From Eledone cirrhosa (lineage: Eukaryota): a stretch of DNA of 64,000 nt. The stretch lies in assembly GCA_964016885.1 (NCBI GenBank), contig OZ024746.1, positions 95,728,001-95,792,000 of the forward strand, read 5' to 3'. How positions within the stretch are numbered: the first letter of the stretch is position 1; the number at the start of each line of letters is the position of its first letter. The notes beneath the pieces were generated by a model, which did no database searches, had not been told where the DNA came from, and was given only the letters and a program-made list of their open reading frames with translations. A program made the position numbers and the translations under genes. This document shows, piece by piece, positions 53,501 through 64,000 of this stretch.

Positions 53501-56500
53501 TACTAGGAATGGTGTTGCTAGGGAGATTGTTACTGGGGATGGCATTACTAGGGATAGTGTTGCTGGGGAGATTGTTACTGGGGATGGTGTTGCTAGGGAG
53601 ATTGTTACGGCTACACAAATACACACAAATAAAGTTCTTGTTGCTAGGGATATTGTTACTAGTGATACTGTTGCTAAGAAGATTGTTACAGCTACACAAG
53701 TACATCTTTCTACTAAAGGTTTTGTTATCTGGGATGGAGTTACATTTCAACCAATTGACACAAAAGGATCTACTGTTTTACCAAGTGATGTAGAGGGATC
53801 ACTTGTTACTATAGATGCTGTGACAGTTCCTCAAATTAGTCAAGATAAATTGGTTATTGGTAGGTTTACTCTTCAAATACCCCAGATAAAAATGTACACC
53901 TCATTTGTTACTCAGATATCTGTTGCCTTTAGACAAACTGATATAGATACTACATCTCTTACAACTAGGGATTCTGCCATTATTTCAGAAATAGTTAGTG
54001 TTGGATTACTTGATTCTAGATATACTGTGGGATTAATTGTTTTGGGAGATTCTGTTAGTGTTTCTCAAATTACTGTTTTACCAAGTTATACAGAAAGCTC
54101 AGTTGTTAGTATAAAGGCTGTGACAGTTCCACAAATTAGTCAAGATGAATTGTTTATTGGTAGGTTTACTGTTCAAATGCCCCAGGTAAACATGTCTACC
54201 TCATTGGTTACACAGGTAACTGTTATCTTTAGACAAACTGATATAGCTATTACTGAACCAGAAACAACTAAAAGTGAATCTCTAGTTTCTAAATATATTC
54301 TTTCAGAGACGCAGCTTTATGGAGCACTTCTTGTAACTAGGGATGATGGTGTTGTAACTAGGGATGGTGTTGTAACTAGGGATGATGGTGTTGTAACTAG
54401 GGATGTTGTTGTAACTAGGGATGATGGTGTTGTAACTAGGGATGATGGTGTTGTAACTAGGGATGTTGTTGTAACTAGGGATGATGGTGTTGTAACTAGG
54501 GATGATGGTGTTGTAACTAGGGATGGTGTTGTAACTAGGGATGTTGTTGTAACTAGGGATGATGGTGTTGTAACTAGAGATGTTGTTGTAACTAGGGATG
54601 GTGTTGTAATTAGGGATGGTGTTGTAACTAGGGATGTTCTTGTAACTAGGGATGTTCTTGTAACTAGGGATGGTGTTGTAACTAGGGATGTTCTTGTAAC
54701 TAGGGATGATGGTGTTGTAACTATGGATGTTGTTGTAACTAGGGATGATGGTGTTGTAACTAGGGATGTTGTTGTAACTAGGGATGTTGTTGTAACTAGG
54801 GATGATGGTGTTGTAACTAGGGATGTTGTTGTAACTAGGGATGATGGTGTTGTAACTAGGGATGGTGTTGTAACTAGGGATGTTGTTGTAACTAGGGATG
54901 ATGGTGTTGTAACTAGAGATGATGGTGTTGTAACTAGGGATGGTGTTGTAACTAGGGATGTTGTTGTAACTAGGGATGATGGTGTTGTAACTAGGGATGT
55001 TCTTGTAACTAGGGATGGTGTTGTAACTAGGGATGATGGTGTTGTAACTAGGGATGTTGTTGTAACTAGGGATGATGGTGTTGTAATTAGGGATGGTGTT
55101 GTAACTAGGGATGATGGTGTTGTAACTAGGGATGTTGTTGTAACTAGGGATGGTGTTGTAACTAGGGATGATGGTGTTGTAACTAGGGATGTTGTTGTAA
55201 CTAGGGATGATGGTGTTGTAATTAGGGATGGTGTTGTAACTAGGGATGTTCTTGTAACTAGGGATGGTGTTGTAACTAGGGATGATGGTGTTGTAACCAG
55301 GGATGTTCTTGTAACTAGGGATGATGGTGTTGTAACTATGGATGTTGTTGTAACTAGGGATGTTGTTGTAACTAGGGATGATGGTGTTGTAACTAGGGAT
55401 GTTGTTGTAACTAGGGATGTTGTTGTAACTAGGGATGGTGTTGTAACTAGGGATTATGGTGTTGTAATTAGGGATGGTGTTGTAACTAGGGATGTTCTTG
55501 TAACTAGGGATGGTGTTGTAACTAGGGATGATGGTGTTGTAATTAGGGATGGTGTTGTAACTAGGGATGTTCTTGTAACTAGGGATGGTGTTGTAACTAG
55601 GGATGATGGTGTTGTAACTAAGGATGTTGTTGTAACTAGGGATGGTGTTGTAACTAGGGATGATGGTGTTGTAACTAGGGATGATGGTGTTGTAACTAGG
55701 GATGTTGTAACTAAGGATGTTGCTGTTGTAAGTCAGGATGATGGTATTGTAACTAGGGGTGTTGGTGTTGTAACTAAGGACATTGTTGTTGTAACTAGGG
55801 ATGGTGTTGTAACTAGGGGTGTTGGTGTTGTAACTAGGGACATTGTTGTTGTAACTAGGGATCATGTTGTAACTAGGGGTGTTGGTGTTGTAACTAGGGA
55901 CATTGTTGTTGTAACTAGGGGTGTTACTAACGTTTCACAGAGAGTCTTTAGTGGATCAACTATAATTCAGGGCAATGTTACATCAGCAGAAGTTGACATA
56001 TCTCTTATAAGCAGGGTTTCTTATATCCCCTACACTAATAGGTTAGATTTTACTATGGATGTAGATGTACCACATATGAGAAGGGATAGAGTTAACATTA
56101 CCATTCCTTATATTGCCACAGAGAAATCATCTATTGGTAAATATATTTCTGTTCCTTGGTATAATATTACAACTATTAGTGACGATGGTGTAACAGTCCC
56201 TCAGATAGTTGAACATAGATCTGTTGTCACCTCTTTACATACTTTTTCAACACCCACAACAGAAAAAGAAAGTTGGAAGACATCTTTACTAGACCCAGTA
56301 GTTTTATACTCTACAATAGTTTTAACAACATCACTTACACTAGGAGATTTCTATACAAATACAAAACAAATTGATACAGATAAAAGTAAGCTGACCGTTA
56401 TACCAATTCTATTAACAAGTCCCAGTGAATTACTTGGTATAACTATTAGTCCAATGAGCTTATCGATAACAACAGAAAAATTTACAGAGACAAACACTGT

Positions 56501-59500
56501 TACTTCTCTAAATGTACTCACTGAAATTATTAGTAGCACTGAAACTGATGATGTATATATTTTAGCTGAGACAACAGAAATGACAATGGAGACCACTGAT
56601 CCTTTATATTCAATGTTAGAAATGTCTGACTATGAAAGTTTTCATAAAGAAAAGTTATCTGAACATTTTAAGCAAATGTCACAGTTAACTGACAGGGATA
56701 TGGAGATCTTAACACCTATGTCTTTAATGGCACCATGGTATCATTCTGCAGATCATCTTAGCTCAGTTTGGGATTCTAGCCAACAAAGATATATGACAAG
56801 CATTGGAATTTCTTCTATTCAAGAATATTTAGGAAAAACACCAGAAACCACAGAAATTTCAGAAGATTTCTCTACAAGAACGGAAAAATTAATACCCTAC
56901 ACTGATTTTATATCTAGTTTTAGGGTACCATCATTTTCTATGGATGTCACTGTAGAGAGTATAAAACCCCCAAAATTTGATGGTATTCGTGAAATAAAAT
57001 CTTACATGACAGATATTACTACATCTTCTACCATTGATATTGCCCATGGAAGATTACAAGGAAATAAAAGTAGATATAGTGAAGAATTAATTCATTTTAC
57101 ACATGCTTCACAAAATGTAAGTAAATGTTCTGAAAGGTTAACTCCTTCTATAAGCAACCTGGTGAATGCAAGCAGATTTACTGAGGGGTTAATTCCTGTT
57201 GTTTCTTCAAGAAGCAGTCAAAGATATGTTTTAATTCCTTCTTTGAGTTCAGAAATGTTAAACTTAACCAGAACTAAATACATTCCTTTAACTACTGAAA
57301 TGGAATACACATTAGACCCAACAGAGCTGTCTGAAGACCACGAAGTCGAGGGGACAACAGATGTAACATTTATATTGGAAAATACGCTACTGTTTTTACC
57401 ATTTGCAAGTCCACCAGTGCTAAATGAATTTATGAGTGAAACCCTTACCCAAGAAACTTCAACAGATGTAGGAGATACAAGTTCAATTCCAACAACTACA
57501 AACATTCATTTAGATAAAGAATTAGAAAGCACACAAATCCAAGCATTATGGAAATCTGACATTTTAAAAAAGACTTCTGATAAGTCAAAATATGATAAAG
57601 ATGATAAAATTATTTCAAGAATCATACACACTGAAAATCCATTTGAAATATATTTTCCACTCTTAAAGTTAGAAAGCCAAGAAACTATTTTAAAAAGTAA
57701 AACATCTTCAGAAGTTCTGCCCATGTTTCCATCAACACAGGCAAGTATATTGTATCAGGATTTGAAATATGAATTACAAACTGAAACAAATGTGTATGAC
57801 TTCTCAAGTAAATTTTATAAATACAGAACTGGTTTAACAATAAATCAGCTAACAGAAAAGCCATCTAGGGATATAATGTTATCAAAACCTGTTAAGTCAT
57901 TAGATGTAAGAACAGATGGTGTTACTAAAAGTCTGATTAAAAGTAAAATGAAAACAATATTGGATCACACAAGACCAACCAGAAGATATTTTAGGAAAAG
58001 AGATATAAGTGAAACTTTTTATCCATATCAAACAAGTACACCAGGCAGCTTTATTGATATTATAGATATTTATGATAATGTCATAGTGAAGAAATTAAAA
58101 GTTAGGGGTTATGTAACAGAAGATCATGGTGTTATAATCGAAAATGTTACGTTTGTTTATGTTAAAGCATCTAAAATGTCTACACACAAAGAACATATTT
58201 TAAACAGTTCTGTTTTAGATCTACAATTACATGAAAGCACATACAGAAAAATAAAGTTTGCTAAACATGATAGAAGTGAATTATTAAAGATATTTACAGA
58301 AATATCAATGATGCCAGTAAATATATCTAAAATTGTATTAGACTTTACACTATCAATGTCAACACCAAAATTAGCACAAATATTAAATAACTCTACTTTA
58401 GGGGTGAGCTATATTGAAACAAAGCAACTAATGCTAGTTTCCCACACACCCTTAATCCCAGTAATCACACCTGAACATCAAACAGAAGGATATTCAAAGG
58501 AAATGATATTACCTTCTTTGGTTACACAAGCAAGATTTACTAATATAACAAATGCTACTGCATCACAGAGTCAAACACGGGTTTCTGTTAAAGAAAGAAG
58601 AGAAGGAATGACATCCAAAGCATCAGTTTATAGGATAATAAAAACCAGTTCAGCAATAGAAACAAAGATAAAGAAATCTGCATTAGAAGTACCAATAGCA
58701 ACACAAGAACCAATGAATAGAACTGCCAGTCCTAAAATGAGCAGTGAAATTAATTTAAGCATTAGGACAAACATTTCTCATTTATCAACACAACAAACTA
58801 AAACAATCCAAGATAGAATAACATTTGATTTATTGGAAAAACTTCACACAACTTTATTTACTCTAGCTGTTATTTCAAACGATACATCAAAAGAGTATTT
58901 TATTATTACACCGGCTGGTAGTGACATGCAATCATTTATAGCTACAGCAGACACGATACTAGACCAAACATCTTTAGCTACAGCAGACACGATACCAGAC
59001 CAAACAACTATAGCTACACCAGATACAATACCAGGCCAAACATCTACAGCTATACCAGACACGATACCAGACCAAACATCTATAGCTACACCAGACACAA
59101 TACCAGGCCAAACATCTATAGCTATACCAGATACAATACCAGACCAAACATCTATAGCTATACCAGACACAATACCAGACCAAACATCTATAGCTATACC
59201 AGACACAATACCAGGCCAAACATCTTTAGCTATACCAGACACAATACCAGACCAAACATCTATAGCTACACCAGACACAATACCAGACCAAACATCTATA
59301 GCTGCAGCAGACACGATACCAGACCAAACATCTATAGCTACACCAGACACAATACCAGACCAAACATCTATAGCTGCAGCAGACACAATACCAGACCAAA
59401 CATCTATAGCTACACCAGACACAATACCAGGCCAAACATCTATAGCTGCAGCAGACACGATACCAGACCAAACATCTTTAGCTACAGCAGACACAATACC

Positions 59501-62500
59501 AGACCAAACATCTATAGCTACACCAGACACAATACCAGGCCAAACATCTATAGCTGCAGCAGACACGATACCAGACCAAACATCTTTAGCTACACCAGAC
59601 ACAATACCAGGCCAAACATCTATAGCTATACCAGACACAATACCAGGCCAAACATCTATAGCTACACCAGATACAATACCAGACCAAACATCTATAGCTA
59701 CACCAGACACAATACCAGGCCAAACATCTTTAGCTATACCAGACACAATACCAGACCAAACATCTATAGCTACAGCAGACACAATACCAGACCAAACATC
59801 TATAGCTACAGCAGACACAATACCAGACCAAACATCTATAGCTACACCAGACAAGATACCAGATCAAACATCTATAGCTACAGCAGACACAATACCAGAC
59901 CAAAGATCTATAGCTACACCAGGCAAGATACCAGATCAAACATCTTTAGCTACAGCAGACACAATACCAGATCAAACATCTGTAGCTATACCAGACACGA
60001 TACCAGACCAAAGATCTTTAGCTACAGTAGACACAATACCAGACCAAACATCTATAGCTACACCAGATACAATACCAGATCAAAAATCTATAGCTACAGC
60101 AGACACAATACCAGATCAAACATCTGTAGCTACACCAGACACGATACCAGACCAAACATCTTTAGCTACACTAGACACACTACCAGACCAAACATCTATA
60201 GCTACACCAGACATGATACCAGACCAAACATCTGTAGCTACACTAGACACAATACCAGACCAAACATCTATAGCTATACCAGACATAATACCAGATCAAA
60301 CATCTTTAGCTATACTAGACACAATACCAGACCAAACATCATTTGAAACGTTTCTTTTTAAAAAATCTTCAAGTGAAAGCAAAATATTCACAACTATGAA
60401 ACCTAAAATAAAGCAGGATCTGTTTCAAGTAAGTGTACAGAACACAACTATGTTACCCACTGCTCAAAACATATCACAAGTAACTGAATACATGATTAAA
60501 CAAGCCATAATAATAACTAATGCCACAACTAAATTAGTTGAAATATCAAGCATAGTATTCCCTACAATAGCTAGTATCACTACATCTGAAATAGTACATG
60601 TTAACAATATATCAGATATTATATTGTCTGTAGCTACAGTTACTGTAAAGCAGATGTATAATACAGCAACTGAAATATCAAAGAAACCTCTGGTTTTTCC
60701 TCATAGTTTAGACTATCTAGATTCCCCTTTAACTACAAGTACAACTACATTATTTAGAAATTTAAGTGTGTTCCAAACAAAAGATGAAAGTAGTTTAAAA
60801 CATTTTATTCAACTGAGTATTAGAGATCAGTTAAATTTACAGACAAAAGAAACAAGGAAAACATCAAGGAAAGCTCAAAGTGAAGCAACAGAACAATTGA
60901 CATCTGAAGTTCCCCTGAAAGTTAGTCATGTTTCCATGACAATGCCACCAACTGAAACAAGTGAGAAAATAAATACATCATTAATAAGTGCAACTGTACT
61001 ACCTTTAATGAAGGAAATAGATAAAACTAAAACTCAACGAACAATTTCAAAGAAAAGTACAATTCTGTTTGAGGCATTGCACTTTGATAGAGGTCATAAT
61101 ATTTCAACATTAGTTTTAGAAGAAGATGAAGACATATCTCACTCCACGTTATTTTATATCAGAGAAAACATCACTCTACCAAAACAACCGTTTATTGCTG
61201 TAGATGTTTTACTTACTAAAGAAACTGGAGACGAGCTGCCATATTACCAAACTGATAGTTACTGGGATATTTCCATACACCGTTCTTTAACAACTAAAGT
61301 ACCCAGTAAAGTCTCAACAAAGAGAGGAACACAAATACAAATAACATCACAGGATCTCTCAACACAAGCCTGGTTATTTAATGCAACAATATCTTTTCCC
61401 CATGAACTGAATATTACAACACCAAAAGTTCTAAAAATTACAACAATATCTGACAAAGCAATTCACTCTCAGGACAAACAAGTAACCAAAACAAAATTTC
61501 CAGTTATCCGAATAACATTTGTGACATCACATTACAGTAACTTTAGTGAAACAAAGTCTCCATTAATTCATCCAAACAAGACTATAATTGAAATGGCCAA
61601 ACCTAGTAAGGTAGAGGCCATCACAACATATTCAGGTATAAATAATATAACAAAGTCATTAATAAGAACTGAAATAGATGGTTATTTCCTGTCATCATCA
61701 ACATCTAAAACAATTCAGGATTCACAGCTAGTCAGTGCACCATTGATGGAAATCACAAAAGCTAAAACACCAGACATTTTAATAGCAAGCAACATAACTA
61801 ATTTATTAACTCATTTAACCAAACCTAAAACTGATGCGTTGTTAAAGGATAGTACAGAAATCAAACCAACATCCTCCATAACTATAACAGAGATATCATC
61901 AAATTTCATCCAGGATATATTGCTATACAGTAAAGGATCATATAAAATGATTTCATCACATAGACCAAGACATATTTATCAAACATCAAGTACAGTTAAT
62001 GAAACATTAATTCTAGTTTCAACTATACCAATGAAAATGTACATAAGAAAATCTCTAGGTTTCGCTCACAACAGAAGTTTGTCTTTCTATGTTTCAGAAT
62101 ATTTTACCTCAGAATCCAGCACAAAAGAATCCATATTAGAAAGTACAACTTTTGTATGGCATAAATCATTAATAACTACTTTGGGTTTAACTGATATATC
62201 AGTAAAACCTGAAAAATCAATAATATACATCAACACCACCATTTCCCCAATTATACTGACCTCTGTAATAAAACCATTTAGTGGTTGGTATGCCTTAGAA
62301 AGATCATTTGCTTCAAGATATAAATGGGAACAAACTTATAAGGCAGAGAAATCAACCCTTCATTTAAAGACCTTGAAATCCACTACAACTTCTTCATTAT
62401 TAAAACTAACTCTTATGAGTGTACCTAAAATTGTGGATGATTTTAATAGACAACTAAATTTATCTGATTTTAAAATCCAGATTTCAACACTGCCTTTTAC

Positions 62501-64000
62501 GTCAACACACACAAGACTCACTCTTAACACTGGTTATAGTACTGAACATTTTAATTTTACATTACTCCTGCACCCCTTAAAAACTAAAACTGGAGTAGAT
62601 CTTAAACATCTTTTCTCAAATCTTACGTCTATGACAAATTTAGTTAGTTTAGTTTACTCAAAGGTTTCAACTTTAAACTCGTCAATAGATTTTTGGCAGA
62701 AAAGCATTTCTATTGAGGTTACACCAAAACTACATGTTTCTTCATTAGTTTCATTGAAACATTATTTTGAGCAAGTAACACAAAGAGCAAAGATAATATC
62801 AAACACATCAGTGGTAATTGTTACAAATGGAACTGAGTCTGAACAAATGGATTCTGTATTAGAAACACAGGGTCTAATGAAAATACAGACAGTAACAGGA
62901 GTGACAAAACAACTAAAAAGAACAAGTTTCGCTGAAATGTCTAAATTAAAATTACATCTTTATACTACAAAATTAATGCACATTTCTCTTCATACATTTT
63001 CAGTTTCTCTTGCTCCTACTAAGTTATTTCTTATTGCTTCTTCTTCATCCAGTAGTCCTTCACTACCAACAAATATTTCTCTGTCTTCAACTGCTACTTC
63101 TACATATAAAGTTACATTTGAACAGAAATTTAATCAAACAGAGCCGACCATAAGATTACTAATAAATCAGTCAACTACTGACATCATATTTCATAATCAA
63201 AACACATCAACAACAGTGAAGCCATTAACAACTATGGAGCCAACTTACAGTGAATCCTATGATATAGTATCCTACTTCAGTAGAGTTAAATTAATCCCAT
63301 TCTTTTCTTTGTCATCAATAGGAGATATTATGTCAACAAATATGGTGTCAATTCAACAAAGTAATAAAACCGAAAGTAAATATTCAAAATCACATTTTAA
63401 ATTACATAATAAAACAACTACAGCTGTGGGATTTATTGAAACTATTACCAACTTTAGTGATAAAAAAAATGTTTCCGAAATTACTCCTATAACAACCATT
63501 CCAGTGAATATATCAACACAAACTTTGCTAACTAATGTAAGTGAATTTTCCATTCCATTCACAACTGATCTTAGTTTTCATTTCAGAACAATCTATCCTA
63601 CAACTATACTATCTTTTCATCAGATTACAAGTACAACTGGCCCACTGAATACAACAGTATCTATTCATTGGACAAAGGAATTAACACTCTTCCAAGAAAT
63701 ATCTATAGTCAGTCAGTCAGGTGTGATTTCTCCTCAAGAGGCGTCTCATCATTTTCTGTTTACTGTATCACCGTCACAAAATATATCAGAATTTACCATT
63801 CTAATGACTGGATCACCTTTTCTTAAAACATTTGACGATATTATGTTTACCCCAGCATCATTTTCGCAGATATCAGAAGGTACCAGCTTTCTAATGGGAC
63901 CATCTGTTGTTGAAACATCAAAAGATGTCCTATTTACTACAACCATACCACAGGTAGTTTCAGAAGGTACCAGCTATCTAATGGAACCATCTCTTGTTGC
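44572..64000 (+). CDS. Giant coding exon (at least 6,475 codons, open at the window end) of a probably secreted, repeat-rich, Thr/Ser/Val/Ile-rich protein
   Basis: Acceptor ttgtgtttctttttcag|gt at 44570-71. Frame with codons from 44574 reads (G)LKPNLVIILVVYSVTFKPLIIQASKNQY... I read it without stops to ~47.5 kb, and spot checks at 48, 50, 52, 54, 56, 59, 62 and 64 kb are in the same frame. The ORF track lists no closed ORF in this frame, as expected if there is no stop. Repeat units are multiples of 3. An in-frame ATG also lies at 44511 (last upstream stop 44484-86). Confidence 0.9.
50085..51245 (+). repeat. Coding tandem array 1: IDTEGLVVTEEAIRVPQ (51-nt unit with 30- and 42-nt variants)
   Basis: Recurrent atagacacagagggattagtagtgactgaggaggctattagggttccacaa; variant lengths keep the frame. 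Confidence 0.9.
51515..53340 (+). repeat. Coding tandem array 2: ~25 x 72 nt, AKDTITVP(Q/H)IHIAQPVSTSSVAVV
   Basis: Near-identical 72-nt units, from aaggacgccattacag at 51519 to 53319. Confidence 0.95.
54330..55925 (+). repeat. Coding tandem array 3: ~80 units of VVTRD(D)G / VVTRDV (18/21 nt)
   Basis: gttgtaactagggat(gat)ggt units; length variants are multiples of 3. Confidence 0.95.
58938..60340 (+). repeat. Coding tandem array 4: ~39 x 36 nt, TSIATPDTIPDQ (mucin-like PTS)
   Basis: acatctatagctacaccagacacaataccagaccaa units. Confidence 0.95.
63786..64000 (+). repeat. Start of coding array 5: 87-nt (29-aa) period, SEGTSFLMGPSVVETSKDVLFTTTIPQVV
   Basis: tcagaa recurs at 63786, 63873 and 63960; truncated by the window end. 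Confidence 0.65.

Noticed and set aside
49967-59939. Long - strand ORFs (427, 390, 164, 520 and 336 aa)
   Set aside because: Antisense shadows of the coding arrays; they start and end with the repeats, while the + frame continues through unique sequence.

Overview
AT-rich eukaryotic (animal) DNA. The SINE, MITE and microsatellite content looks like a coleoid cephalopod (Octopus-like); this is inferred, not searched. Bases 1 to ~44,500 are a dense field of decayed repeats: tRNA-derived SINEs, TTAA-flanked piggyBac-type MITEs, hAT MITEs, non-autonomous Helitrons, fragments of RTE, Tx1/L1, CRE-like, R4/Dong-like and Penelope retroelements, and minisatellites. The main signal is missing from the supplied ORF track: from a splice acceptor at 44,571 a single + strand frame stays open to the window end (at least 19.4 kb, about 6,475 codons), with no recognisable transposon insertions. 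It encodes a probably secreted giant protein with a signal-peptide-like start supplied by either of two phase-1 upstream mini-exons, two RIKR furin-type sites, an 8x Cys pseudo-repeat, a very basic segment, Thr/Ser-rich tracts and five in-frame tandem arrays, several of them Val/Ile/Thr-rich. Secondary signals are six or more decayed minimal (Penelope-type) hammerhead ribozyme motifs, a satellite made from a MITE terminus, fold-backs centred on (TA)n, a long G.U-rich hairpin and a templated insertion. All calls are by eye; no searches were run.
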